Of a stretch of DNA of 64,000 bases, positions 28,998 to 38,350 are shown piece by piece. A program made the position numbers and the translations under genes. The notes under the pieces are model-generated. The model searched no databases, was not told where the DNA came from, and saw only the letters and a program-made list of their open reading frames with translations. Every line of letters begins with the position of its first letter. Within the stretch, counting starts at the first letter, position 1. Origin of the DNA: a virus (taxonomy: Duplodnaviria > Caudoviricetes); IMG/VR virus record IMGVR_UViG_3300037117_000082, positions 1-64,000 of that record; one strand, 5' to 3'.

Positions 28998-29282
28998 GTG
29001 AGCTACACCGTCATAGGGATCAAGCCTCACGGCTTCCACCGTGCCAGTGCCGCGGGAACGTTCCGCAAGATCGTGCGCGTCGTCAGGACCGGCCTGCGTG
29101 CCGCGCGGATCCTGGCCACCGAGCCGGCGTTGCCGAAGCTGCTTCGCGTGCTGCTGGTGGTCGGCATGATCCAGACCCCGCTGCCTCTCGATGAGGCTTG
29201 CCTGGCCATCGCACTGCCGTGGCTGCTCATCGGGCACCGCGCCACGCTGCGGGCGGCGATCGTGAAGGCGCGGCTGGCATGA
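28998..29282 (+). CDS. hypothetical membrane protein
   Basis: GTG after the conserved motif; P.P.DE hydrophobic hairpin. Confidence 0.65.
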   Translation: MSYTVIGIKPHGFHRASAAGTFRKIVRVVRTGLRAARILATEPALPKLLRVLLVVGMIQTPLPLDEACLAIALPWLLIGHRATLRAAIVKARLA

Positions 29283-29546
29283 GCCTCATTGCGCGGCTCA
29301 TGTTCGAGCTTGACTGCCGTTTCGCCGAGTGGCTCTGCACGCGCTTTGAGGCGATGGCGCGGCACCGCTAGCGGTGAACCGGAGGACAGCCCAACGGCCA
29401 GGGAGGGCTGTCCTCCGGCATGTCAGGGAGCTTACCGGCTGGCAGGAAAAGGCCGGCGTGTTGCCGCGTAAAGCTAGACAGGACCATGCCCCATGCATTA
29501 AGGTATAGCTATACCGTAATTCACTCTTAGCCAGGGGAGAGACCAA

Positions 29547-29960
29547 GTGAGCATCAGGACCGGCACAGAACTAGACCAGCGTGATCAGGAAATCCTCGCG
29601 TGGCGCACTACCGAGCTTGACCTGATCACCGGGCCGCGCGAAGGCGATTACGTGGAGTTCGCCAACGGGATCACGCGGCGCGTCTCCCATGTGTGGGGCA
29701 CCGAGTGGGACACCGAGGACGGCTGCATGTCCGGCGTCCAGACCACCGAAGGCGGATCGTTCTACCTCGGCAACGGGCACGTCAGCTACTCCGGGTCGCT
29801 GTACCAGATGGTGCCGATGGCCAGCCTGACGGACACGTGGACGGCTCGCGCCGGCTCAGTGTGGATCTTCCACCACGACCACCACACCGCGCACAACGGC
29901 ATCGCCGCCGAAATCCCGTTCCGTGTCTACAAGTGCTCGCAGGACGCACCGCGTTCCTAG
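29547..29960 (+). CDS. DUF4121-like protein
   Basis: PREGDYV...GSFYLG.G.VSYSG...WIFHH...AHNG...RVY pattern. Confidence 0.6.
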   Translation: MSIRTGTELDQRDQEILAWRTTELDLITGPREGDYVEFANGITRRVSHVWGTEWDTEDGCMSGVQTTEGGSFYLGNGHVSYSGSLYQMVPMASLTDTWTARAGSVWIFHHDHHTAHNGIAAEIPFRVYKCSQDAPRS

Positions 29961-30041
29961 GTGCTCATGGCCGGGCTGGTCACGTACCAGCCCGTGCCAT
30001 GTCCGCTAGGGCAGCCCGAACTAGCCAGGGGAGAAAAGATC

Positions 30042-30560
30042 ATGACCTACAGAGACCGGCGCGAGGCCCGCGCAGAACGACTGCGCGGATGGGCCGGGAC
30101 ACGCGAAGCACGCGCCGAGGCCGTATTCAAGGCCGGTGAACCGTTCACATCTGACTACGCGTTCAACACCCAGCCGGGGCACATCCCGTTCCGGGCGAAG
30201 CTGATCGCCCGCGAGGACCGGGCGCACGAGTCGGTCACCAAGGCCGCGTCGATGCGATCCCGCGCGGACGGCATCGAAGGCCAGCTGGCGAACGCGATCT
30301 ACGAGGATGACCCGGACGCGATCGAGCAGTTGCGGGCCAGGATCGCCCGGCTGGAGACTGAGCGCGACGCGGCCAAGGCAGTCAACGCCGCCTACCGCAA
30401 AGAGCACAAGGCCGAACTGGCGGCGATGGAACCCTACGAGCGCAGGCAGGCGGTGCCGTACCCCGGCTATCACTTCGAGAACCTGTCGGGGAACCTGAGC
30501 CGGCAACGCGCCCGGCTGGCCCGGCTGGCCCGGCTGGAGAGGGCGGCTGCCAGCGCCTAG
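30042..30560 (+). CDS. DUF3560-like protein
   Basis: Y.DRREARAERL...QPGH...IYEDDPDAIEQLRARI...NL..NL.R.R.RL. Confidence 0.75.
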   Translation: MTYRDRREARAERLRGWAGTREARAEAVFKAGEPFTSDYAFNTQPGHIPFRAKLIAREDRAHESVTKAASMRSRADGIEGQLANAIYEDDPDAIEQLRARIARLETERDAAKAVNAAYRKEHKAELAAMEPYERRQAVPYPGYHFENLSGNLSRQRARLARLARLERAAASA

Positions 30561-30657
30561 CACGTCAAGCCCTCGGACCGGCTAAGGACCGGGCACCTGC
30601 GAGCGAGACGCAGGAGGGCACGCAGTAGGCGAAGCACCCTAGCCAGAGGAGACAGTA

Positions 30658-30870
30658 ATGGATAACGAGAGACTGCACCGCGCCGGGCAGGCTTACCGCG
30701 AGGCAGTCGCCGCAGCGGATGCGCAGTACGAGGCGGACGGCGACCGGGGCGCCTGCAACGCCGCCAAGGTTGCCGCATCAGAGGCGCTCAGCGCCGAGAA
30801 GAACGCGGTATACGCGCCGGTCGACGCGATGCTCGACCGCATAGACGACGACGACAGCCCCGTCAGCTGA
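30658..30870 (+). CDS. hypothetical protein
   Basis: ATG after the conserved motif. Confidence 0.6.
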   Translation: MDNERLHRAGQAYREAVAAADAQYEADGDRGACNAAKVAASEALSAEKNAVYAPVDAMLDRIDDDDSPVS

Positions 30871-30948
30871 TGGCCCCGAGGCTGCGCGTCTCGCACGCGC
30901 AGCCGATCGGGCACTCAGCCCAAAGTCCCTGCCAGGGAGGACTACGCA

Positions 30949-32679
30949 ATGACCATCACCCTTGACCGGCCCGACGTCCGGTCGCTGTCCGATGCCGAGC
31001 TAACTGAGCTTGCATGGGTAACCGCCACCTACTGCGGAGGCGGGGAACTGTCGCAGGACGCGACCGCGGAGCAGCGGCGGCGTGAGGCAGCGAAGCGCCG
31101 TTACGCGGCCCGCAGCACGGGACTCGCGGGCGAGTGGATGGACGCGGCGCACGCTCAGATGCTTGCTGCCGAGTCCGTTTGCTGCGGCAACCTCGTGCGC
31201 AAGGGATCGGAAGTCACCGACGGCTGGTCGCTCTGGTCCGGCACCGAAGCATGGGCCAGGGCGAACGCTACCGAGGAGCTGCGGGAGTTCTGGGATCAGT
31301 CCCCGCGCATCACCGTAACGCAGTACAAGGCGCAGGAAAGGCGCCAGAGGGAGGTTTACGAAGATGACCGACTGGACCGAGATGCAGCCGGCGGAGTTCG
31401 ACAGGAGCGCAGCGGGGAAGAGGGAGCGCGCGATCATCGAGAGCGCGCCGGCCACCCTGTTCCCGCGGCTCCTGCCGGCGCCGTCACGCAAGGCCACGCC
31501 GGCGGCAGTACAGCTGCCCGGCCAGGATTCCCTGTTCGGGGAGGACGCATGACCACTGACACCGCGTGCCTGCACACGGACGACTCGTGCACGCACAAGA
31601 GTCCTACCGGGCGGGCGATAAGGGCAGCGGCGATGGGCGCCACGGAGCCCGTGGCGATGGCATACCGGGCGCCGGCTCAGGTAGCGGTAAGGGAGCCGTC
31701 AGCGGTCATCGTGCCGCAGCGCAGCGCAGCTAGGCGCACGATTGACGGGGCGATGGTGCTGGACTACACCCGGCTCTACCTGTCGCGCTACGTGGCGTTC
31801 CCGAGTGCCGCAGCGCTGGACCTTACTACCGCGTGGATCGTGCACGCATCGGCCCGTGACCGTGACGACACCGGCATCGGCCCGCTGATCTGGCGGGCGA
31901 GCCCGCGGCTGCTGGTCACGTCGGCGACGCGCGGCAGCGGCAAGTCAACCGTGCTGGACCTGATCACGATCCTGACCAGGTCGCGCAACGGGCGCATGCC
32001 CAAGGTCACGCCCAGGGCGATTGCCTGCGTGCTGGGACGCCGCCACGAGACCGCGATCCTTGACGAGGCGAAGCTGATCCTCGGTGCCGGGAACCGGTCC
32101 CAGGAACTCCAGGGCATCCTGCTGGCGGGCTATACCCCGCGGTCCAACTACGTCGCCAGCAAGGGCGGCAAGGATGACCCGATCCCGCTTTTCGGCCCCG
32201 TCGCCTACGCCGGCAAGGATGAGCTGATCACCGACACCGGCGGCATGCTCGGCGACCTGCTGGACCGCTCCGTGATCGTGCGCATGCGCACCTCGCCCCG
32301 GCACATGCCGGAGGTAGACGAGGACGCCGAGGATGACGGCGACCTGCTCGCCGGCGCTCTCGCGGCCTGGACGAGCGAGGCCAAGGGCGATCTGCGGGAA
32401 GCCGCCAGGGCGCTCGGCGCGGCCGACAGGGAGACTGGCGCGGTCACTGACGGCGCGGCGCTGCGGGCAGCTCAGATATGCCGTCCCCTGCGCGCTGTCG
32501 GCATGGTCGCCGGCGGAGGCTGGGCAGAGCGCATTGACGAGGCATGCCGCCGCAGCGAGGACGAGGACATGATGGACGTGCTCAGCGCGCGTTTCGGTTC
32601 CGCTGGCGCGGCATCAGACGGCGATGACGAGTGGGGCACCGGCAGCGTGGTAAGCGGAGAAGGTGACTGGGATGCCTGA
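30949..32679 (+). CDS. ORF whose C-terminal part (internal start 31549) is a DUF3631-like replication NTPase
   Basis: YLSRYVAFPS...AW.VH...PRLLVTS.TRGSGKS Walker A, ILDE Walker B, DRS; internal GGAGG-ATG at 31549. Confidence 0.75.
   Translation: MTITLDRPDVRSLSDAELTELAWVTATYCGGGELSQDATAEQRRREAAKRRYAARSTGLAGEWMDAAHAQMLAAESVCCGNLVRKGSEVTDGWSLWSGTEAWARANATEELREFWDQSPRITVTQYKAQERRQREVYEDDRLDRDAAGGVRQERSGEEGARDHRERAGHPVPAAPAGAVTQGHAGGSTAARPGFPVRGGRMTTDTACLHTDDSCTHKSPTGRAIRAAAMGATEPVAMAYRAPAQVAVREPSAVIVPQRSAARRTIDGAMVLDYTRLYLSRYVAFPSAAALDLTTAWIVHASARDRDDTGIGPLIWRASPRLLVTSATRGSGKSTVLDLITILTRSRNGRMPKVTPRAIACVLGRRHETAILDEAKLILGAGNRSQELQGILLAGYTPRSNYVASKGGKDDPIPLFGPVAYAGKDELITDTGGMLGDLLDRSVIVRMRTSPRHMPEVDEDAEDDGDLLAGALAAWTSEAKGDLREAARALGAADRETGAVTDGAALRAAQICRPLRAVGMVAGGGWAERIDEACRRSEDEDMMDVLSARFGSAGAASDGDDEWGTGSVVSGEGDWDA
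31364..31552 (+). CDS. nested small hypothetical protein
   Basis: GGAGG upstream; its stop overlaps ATG 31549 (ATGA); ends LPGQDSLF. Confidence 0.55.
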   Translation: MTDWTEMQPAEFDRSAAGKRERAIIESAPATLFPRLLPAPSRKATPAAVQLPGQDSLFGEDA

Positions 32680-32830
32680 TCAGGTAACCCGCGACAAGCT
32701 CGCGGCACTCAATCCCGGCATGGACGAGCGCGGGCTAGCGCGCCTTGCCGCGTTCGAGCAGCTCATCGCCGAGGATGACGAGGCCAGTGGCTACGAGGAC
32801 CCCGCGGACGAATGCGAGGGTGCACCGTGA
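32672..32830 (+). CDS. small acidic hypothetical protein
   Basis: MPDQVTRDKL...; stop overlaps the recombinase GTG. Confidence 0.5.
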   Translation: MPDQVTRDKLAALNPGMDERGLARLAAFEQLIAEDDEASGYEDPADECEGAP

Positions 32831-33753
32831 CCCGCGCGCTGCGTGCCGTCCCCAGCACCACGATGCCCCTGTGGGATGCCGTGGCCAGCTACCTGGCCAC
32901 CATGGACCACCCGGAGAGCGCCGGAACGCGGAAGCAGTACGGGTCGATCCTGAACCGCATGGCCAGGGGCATCGGCGAGGAAAGGGACGTGCAGGCCGTC
33001 ACCGCCGCCGACCTTACGGCGTGGATGAAGGCCACGTCCGGGGATCGCGCCCCCCGGACGTGGAACCTGGCGAGAGTATGCCTGCGCTCCGCATGGTCGT
33101 ACTGGGGGCAGGCAGGCTGGGCTGACCCGGAGGTTGCACGGGGCATCCCGCCGCGGAAGGTCGCGGAGGACCGTGACCGGGCAATACCGGGAGACGTGCT
33201 GGAGGCACTGCTGGCGGACCAGAAGATCCCGCTGCGGGAGCGCGTGCTCTGGCGGATGATGCTGGAGACCGCGGCGAGGGAGTCGGAGCTGCTGCGGCTT
33301 GACGTCGGCGACCTGGACCTGCCGCACCACCGTGCGCGGGTAACACGCAAGGGAGGCGACACAACCGGCCTGTGCTGGCAGTCGGGCACCGCATCGGCGC
33401 TTCCCCGGCTGCTGAAAGGGCGCAGGAGCGGCCCGCTGTTCGTCACGTCCCGGAAGGCGCCGGCGGGAACGCCGCGCGCCGACGTGGCACCTGACGGCCG
33501 GGGAAGGCTGTCAGCAAGGCAGGCGCAGGACACGTTCATGAAGGCAACCCGGGACTTCCCCGGAGGCCCCTGGACGCTGCACCAGATCCGCCACCGCGCA
33601 CTCACCGACGCGGCCGAGGCAGGCGCGTCGACCGCGATGATGATGGCGCTGAGCGGCCACAAGAACGTCAAGAGCCTGCTGATCTACGCCAGGGTAGGGA
33701 CGGACGCGCTGGCAGCCTGGCAGGCCGATCGTGACCCGAACCGGAGGCACTGA
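32827..33753 (+). CDS. tyrosine recombinase (Xer-like, no arm-binding domain)
   Basis: Catalytic set: ARESELL (R), RKGG (K), HQIRH, SGH, IYA (Y). Confidence 0.92.
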   Translation: MTRALRAVPSTTMPLWDAVASYLATMDHPESAGTRKQYGSILNRMARGIGEERDVQAVTAADLTAWMKATSGDRAPRTWNLARVCLRSAWSYWGQAGWADPEVARGIPPRKVAEDRDRAIPGDVLEALLADQKIPLRERVLWRMMLETAARESELLRLDVGDLDLPHHRARVTRKGGDTTGLCWQSGTASALPRLLKGRRSGPLFVTSRKAPAGTPRADVAPDGRGRLSARQAQDTFMKATRDFPGGPWTLHQIRHRALTDAAEAGASTAMMMALSGHKNVKSLLIYARVGTDALAAWQADRDPNRRH

Positions 33754-33754
33754 G

Positions 33755-34072
33755 ATGGAGAGCACCGGCAAGGCCGAGTACGACCGGCTCATGAGCGAGT
33801 TGCGCGCCGGGATGGCATCGCCGGAGCGCGAGTCCGGCAGCCGCACATTCTCCGCCAGCCCTGCCGTGAACGCCGCGTGCGCTCTTGCCCTCGCCGCGTT
33901 CGTGCTCGGCCTGGCAGCGGTCCTGGCCCCTGGTGAGCACGCTACCTACTGGGCATCCCTCTGGCACTGCTGCGAGTTCATCACCGGGATTGGGTTGTGC
34001 GCGCTGTTCGGGGTTTACTGCAAGTGGCGGAGTGCTGCGGTAGCGCGGAACCAGGCACGGCAGAGACGCTAG
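33755..34072 (+). CDS. small membrane protein
   Basis: Two hydrophobic segments. Confidence 0.5.
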   Translation: MESTGKAEYDRLMSELRAGMASPERESGSRTFSASPAVNAACALALAAFVLGLAAVLAPGEHATYWASLWHCCEFITGIGLCALFGVYCKWRSAAVARNQARQRR

Positions 34073-34245
34073 GTGCTGGGCGGATCTTCCGAGTTCACGC
34101 GCTGGAAGACCACGATGTAGGCCACGGCGGCGATGATGGGCATTCCGCCGTGGCGGAGCTGCCGGTACCACTCGCTCATGGTGATGATGCCGACGTCCAG
34201 CTGCGATACCGGATCGACCGGGCCGGCCTGCGGCTGCTCGCTCAC
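34069..34245 (-). CDS. hypothetical 58-aa protein
   Basis: Manual translation MSEQPQAGPVDP...; GTGA overlap. Confidence 0.5.
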   Translation of the reverse strand: MSEQPQAGPVDPVSQLDVGIITMSEWYRQLRHGGMPIIAAVAYIVVFQRVNSEDPPST

Positions 34246-34487
34246 GCGGCACGCTGCCTTCGCAGGATGCGAGGATCAACGCCGCCCGTGCGGATTCCGT
34301 GCTCGCGGACGTCCTTGTCTGCCTGCGCAACATCGTCAGGGTGATACAGCGGGTGGCCGCGTTCCGACAGGCCGCGCGGACTCAGGAAGCCGCGCGATGC
34401 CCAGGTGCGGATCGTGGACGGGCTGACGCCGGCAAACTTGGCTGCCTGGGCCGTGGTGACCAGGCCATCCCCCCGGGTAATGAGCAT
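34242..34487 (-). CDS. MerR-type HTH DNA-binding protein
   Basis: LVTTAQAAKFAGVSPSTIRTWASRGFL...PLY. Confidence 0.8.
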   Translation of the reverse strand: MLITRGDGLVTTAQAAKFAGVSPSTIRTWASRGFLSPRGLSERGHPLYHPDDVAQADKDVREHGIRTGGVDPRILRRQRAA

Positions 34488-34603
34488 GCTCACCTGCCCG
34501 GGAATGCGAAATGACCCGGGCCGCAATCGGGTCCGGGTCATGGATGTGTTAAGTCCTATGCCAGTGTCGTACCCCCGGTGACCTCTGTCAACTAGCCGCG
34601 CGA

Positions 34604-35545
34604 TCATGCCGCGTCTAATCTGGCTGCCCTCACCCGGTCAAGTTCCGCCGTGCTCAGCGTGGCTGCGTAGAGCCGGGTCCAGGCCCGGTACTCGGCCGTA
34701 TTCAGCAGCCTGCCGCAAGCCCGGCATTCAGCTTCGTACGCGCTGCCCTGGACGCGCTCCAGCATCAGCAGGTCGCACGACGGGTCCGGGCACGGCACGT
34801 CCAGCCGTTCCACCATGCGCGTCTCCCCGAGCACCGAGCGGGAGCGGTACTGCAGCGCCATGATCTCGCTGCCCGCATCCGCTCCGGACAGTTCCACGGT
34901 CACTTCCGCGTAGCCGCCGATCCGGTTGGTGCGCCCGTGGCAGCCTTCCGGGATCTTCCCCAGGTCATGCAGGGAGTAGGCACGTGACATGGCGTCGGCG
35001 GGCAGCTCGAGCAGGCGGTCCAGGTGCGCGGCGAGGGTGCGGCAGAACGCGGCGACCTGCCGGCCGTGGTCCGGGCGGCGGCGCTGCTCATCGGTGTCGG
35101 GCATCGTGAGGCCCGCGTCCATGCGGCAGCGCTCGTCCCAGGACGCGAGGATGTCGACGTGCTCCCGCAGCAGCGCGTCGATGTCTGCGCGCAGGGGCAG
35201 CGGCGCGGAGTGGCCCTTGATGGCTACCTTCTCGCCGCCCTGGCCCTTGCTGCCGAGTTCCTGGTGAAGGCGTACCCACAGCTCGGGGATGAGGGTGAGC
35301 GCCCGGTAGACCTGGTTACGGCACTTCTGGCAGAACGCCGCATAGCAGAGAGCGGGAGTCTTGACGGTCTTCCCGTCGTCGCCCACGGCAGCGGTTGAGC
35401 CTGAGCAGTAGTCACCGCGCCGGCATTCGTGCTGGCCTGCGGCTGGCGATCGGGGTGGCGGGGTGGTGGCGTGATCCCGCCGCCGCTCGCGGAAGCTATC
35501 GGAAGCCTGAAAATCAACCTGCCAGTAGTTCCCGCGATTGGCCAT
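34604..35545 (-). CDS. Zn-finger phage protein, probable late-transcription regulator
   Basis: CQKC...L..IPELW..L, PLPLR, CP...C...CRAC; TTGACA follows directly downstream (34591-86). Confidence 0.5.
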   Translation of the reverse strand: MANRGNYWQVDFQASDSFRERRRDHATTPPPRSPAAGQHECRRGDYCSGSTAAVGDDGKTVKTPALCYAAFCQKCRNQVYRALTLIPELWVRLHQELGSKGQGGEKVAIKGHSAPLPLRADIDALLREHVDILASWDERCRMDAGLTMPDTDEQRRRPDHGRQVAAFCRTLAAHLDRLLELPADAMSRAYSLHDLGKIPEGCHGRTNRIGGYAEVTVELSGADAGSEIMALQYRSRSVLGETRMVERLDVPCPDPSCDLLMLERVQGSAYEAECRACGRLLNTAEYRAWTRLYAATLSTAELDRVRAARLDAA

Positions 35546-35870
35546 AGCGTCACCCCTGATGCTCGCGGTGTGGATGAGGCCATAATGCCACGCAGGGCGA
35601 CTACCCGGCTACGAAGCGCTAGCCAGCTGCTCCGGCATGATCTCGGTTAGCGGCCAGAGGTTAGCGGGATAGTCGCCGGCTTCGTAGCACCGGCTGCAGT
35701 TCAGCTCACCCTCGCAGAGCATCCGCCCGTGGTTCGCGGCGTGAGGCGCGCAGAAGAGGGCGTCCAGCACGTGCCCGTTCCCGCACCTGCCTGCCAGGCG
35801 GACGGTTCCGGTCTCATGGCAGCTGGTGATGTGGCACTCCGGGTGATCAGCCATGGCGTCCATCCTGCCA

Positions 35871-36221
35871 TCACGGCGTGAACTTCCGCCGCAGCTCGGT
35901 CTCCTGCGCACGGTGGCCGCCGGTCACTTCCTCAATCAGCGTTGAGATCATCTCCTGCAGGCGGGAGATCTCCGCGTACTCGGCGATCTTGTCCTCGGGC
36001 GGGTCGCCGTTACGGTGCAGGTTCGAACGCTGCCACCCGTGGATGGCCGCGATGCGCTTGCGCTCCCTCGCCAGTTCCGCGTCCTTCGCCTCGATGACCG
36101 GCTGCACGATCGACATGACCGCGGTTACGGGATCAGTGCCGGACGGGAGGGACAGGAGGCGGCGGTGGATGGCGCGCTCTACGTCTGCGCAGGAGGCGGT
36201 AGCGGGGTCCTGTCCGGTCAT
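35871..36221 (-). CDS. hypothetical protein
   Basis: GGAG RBS before MTGQDP. Confidence 0.5.
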   Translation of the reverse strand: MTGQDPATASCADVERAIHRRLLSLPSGTDPVTAVMSIVQPVIEAKDAELARERKRIAAIHGWQRSNLHRNGDPPEDKIAEYAEISRLQEMISTLIEEVTGGHRAQETELRRKFTP

Positions 36222-36506
36222 GGCGTGTTCTCCCGCGCGTAGACCCACGCCTGGATCACGATCGCCAGCACCTCAAGCTGATCCCCAGCGGGCAGCGGCA
36301 GCAGCCGGGAAAGCAGGTCGGCAGCACTGGCAAGATGGCGCTTGCGCTCAGCGGTCACTCGCAGGTGCACGGGCACGTGTAATCCTCCAGGTAGTCGCTC
36401 CAGCCGCAGTCCGAGCCCTCTCCGGCGTGGCAGCCGAGGCGAGTACAGCAGGTGCAGTCCCCGCAGGGCTCGTAGGGCGCGGCATCATCCAGCCCGTCCA
36501 TGGTCT

Positions 36507-37208
36507 CTACCTCCCCGCAATCAGGGTGTGTACAGGCAGGCTCAGCGCCAGTTCGTGCCATGCCAGCGCGAGCAGGGCCAGGGTGAGCAGCGGGTCGATG
36601 ATCCACAACTCCGGGCGCGTTCCGGTGGTGAAGGCTGCGCGGCCTGGCAGGAAGTGGAAGCGGTGCTGGCTCAGCGGGTAGAACCACATCACGCCCGACT
36701 CAGTGCAGGAATCGCCAATCAGGTGAACTCCGGTGCCGAGCGCGACCGCCAGCGGGATCAGCGCGAGCCCGTAGCCGTACCAGATGACCCCGGCCGCTGC
36801 GGCGATGCCCAGCACGTCGGCCAGGTGCCCGTCAGTGACGTGCGTGGCCTCCAGTGCCGAGGAGAGGGCGATCGTGATGAGCAGCGCGAGCCCGGCCTTG
36901 CCTGCGATGTCGGCCCGGAAATGGCAGGCGAGCCCTGCGAGTCCGGTGAAGGCGGCGATGCCGATCAGGCTATGCGTGAGGTGCCTGTGGCCACCGCTGA
37001 CGGACCGGATCACCCAGGCGAGCGAGCGCGTCAGGAAGCCGAGGCAACGGGCCTGCGAGCTACCGCAGCTGTCGAGGTCCGGGGTTAGCGCCATGCCTGC
37101 CGTGAAGCCAGCCAGCGCGAGCGTGCCGGGCACGGATAGGTGGAGGACGAACTCCCCGGCTGCCGCTCCCGCCACGGCTCCGGACAGGCTATGCGAATGT
37201 CCCATCAT
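36507..37208 (-). CDS. YdjM-like membrane metal-dependent hydrolase
   Basis: GHSH, PDLD, HRHLTHS, HLIGD...GV..FYP motifs. Confidence 0.88.
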   Translation of the reverse strand: MMGHSHSLSGAVAGAAAGEFVLHLSVPGTLALAGFTAGMALTPDLDSCGSSQARCLGFLTRSLAWVIRSVSGGHRHLTHSLIGIAAFTGLAGLACHFRADIAGKAGLALLITIALSSALEATHVTDGHLADVLGIAAAAGVIWYGYGLALIPLAVALGTGVHLIGDSCTESGVMWFYPLSQHRFHFLPGRAAFTTGTRPELWIIDPLLTLALLALAWHELALSLPVHTLIAGR

Positions 37209-37210
37209 GG

Positions 37211-38326
37211 CTAGCCCACCACGGCAAAGCTAGGGCGCTCGGCATGCCACATCGCCAGCAGCCGGTCAGCCTTCGGCTCGCCAACGGGAAGCTCCTTGGC
37301 GACCCTGTAGCGGGTCATGGCCGCGCCGCTTTCAGCTAGCTCCCGGATGGCCTCCAGCAGCAGGTCATCGGTAGCGCGGCGTCCGGCCCTCTGTGCCCTC
37401 TTAACGGCACTGAGGGATGGCCTCCGGGGGGTAGCCCCGGCAGGCTCCGGGAGGGGTGCGGCGATGGCCTCCGGGGGTGCTTCGGCGACCACGGCGGGAG
37501 GGGTCACGGGAGCCACTTCGCGGCGGTCGTTGGACAGCACCTCGGCGATAGTCTCGGGCAGCCCCAGGCGGGACGCCAGCCACGTCTCCAGGGCAGGCTC
37601 CCAGACTGTCGCGCCGCCATAGCCCAGGGACCGCTTGATGGCGTCCGCGACGTCCGCCGGGAACCGCCCGGAGCGCATGGCCCGGCGGACGGTCAGCGGC
37701 ACCGGCAGGTCCGGGCGCCGCACCCTCGCGGCGGTCACCACATCGGCGCAGTGCAGCCGGGCGTCCTCGGTGACGAGCATCAGCGGCCACGACGCGATGC
37801 CCAGCAGGTGCTTGCGGCGCCACAGCAGGAGCGTCGGCCAGGGTGCCGCGAGCCACCGGCCGGCCGGGACGCGGTCCGGGCGGGCGGCAGGATCCCGGCG
37901 CAGTGCCCGCCAGGTGAACCGCAGGGCCTCCACGCCGAGCACCCACAGCGCCGGCATGGCCGCGTGGATGACGCGCCACACGTTCCCGTCAGCCGGGGAG
38001 ACCGCGGCGTTGGCCCACACCGTGAACGCGGCCAGCGCCCATGCCACCGCGTGCAGCCAGCGGGACCGCTCGCCGAGGGTGACGGCCAGGTGGTCGAGCA
38101 CCACGTAGGCGAGAATCCCGGAATCGACGCCCAGGGGCAGCAGCGCCGGGAACACCCATCCGTGCGCGCTGGCGGCGCCGTACAGCGTCGTGAAGGATGA
38201 CAGGAAGCCCATGGCCATGCCGGCGGTTACCACGGCGACGGCGAAGCGCAGGGCATTGCGCTGGCCGCGTGTCAGTCGTGCGTTCATCTCGCCATCCTGT
38301 GTCTGGCTGGTGATCAATCGCTGCAT
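37211..38326 (-). CDS. DUF2637/SpdA-like membrane protein with C-terminal HTH
   Basis: SF..L...A...G...LLPLGVD; four TMs; RWLAAPWPTLLLWRR. Confidence 0.8.
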   Translation of the reverse strand: MQRLITSQTQDGEMNARLTRGQRNALRFAVAVVTAGMAMGFLSSFTTLYGAASAHGWVFPALLPLGVDSGILAYVVLDHLAVTLGERSRWLHAVAWALAAFTVWANAAVSPADGNVWRVIHAAMPALWVLGVEALRFTWRALRRDPAARPDRVPAGRWLAAPWPTLLLWRRKHLLGIASWPLMLVTEDARLHCADVVTAARVRRPDLPVPLTVRRAMRSGRFPADVADAIKRSLGYGGATVWEPALETWLASRLGLPETIAEVLSNDRREVAPVTPPAVVAEAPPEAIAAPLPEPAGATPRRPSLSAVKRAQRAGRRATDDLLLEAIRELAESGAAMTRYRVAKELPVGEPKADRLLAMWHAERPSFAVVG

Positions 38327-38350
38327 TTCCGTCCGTGTCGCGCTACCCGC

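Larger units (their letters stand above)
27358..30940 (+). repeat. repeated start-associated motif (C)TAGCCAGGG(G)AG with upstream GCC...GGCAC hairpins
   Basis: Motif near 27358, 28024, 28526, 28979, 29527, 30021, 30639, 30929; hairpins at 27965-28007, 28222-72, 28477-512, 30569-621, 30873-914. Confidence 0.8.

Noticed and set aside
30509-30537. Tandem GCCCGGCTG x3
   Set aside because: In-frame ARL repeat at a protein C-terminus; ordinary slippage.
27900-31000. Repeats as a CRISPR array or integron attC sites
   Set aside because: Repeats are short and degenerate and separated by whole genes. No cas genes, no consistent GTT/AAC attC cores, and the recombinase was not recognisable as IntI.
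27000-34100. att direct repeats bounding the rightward block
   Set aside because: No matching repeat found at the two ends by inspection.
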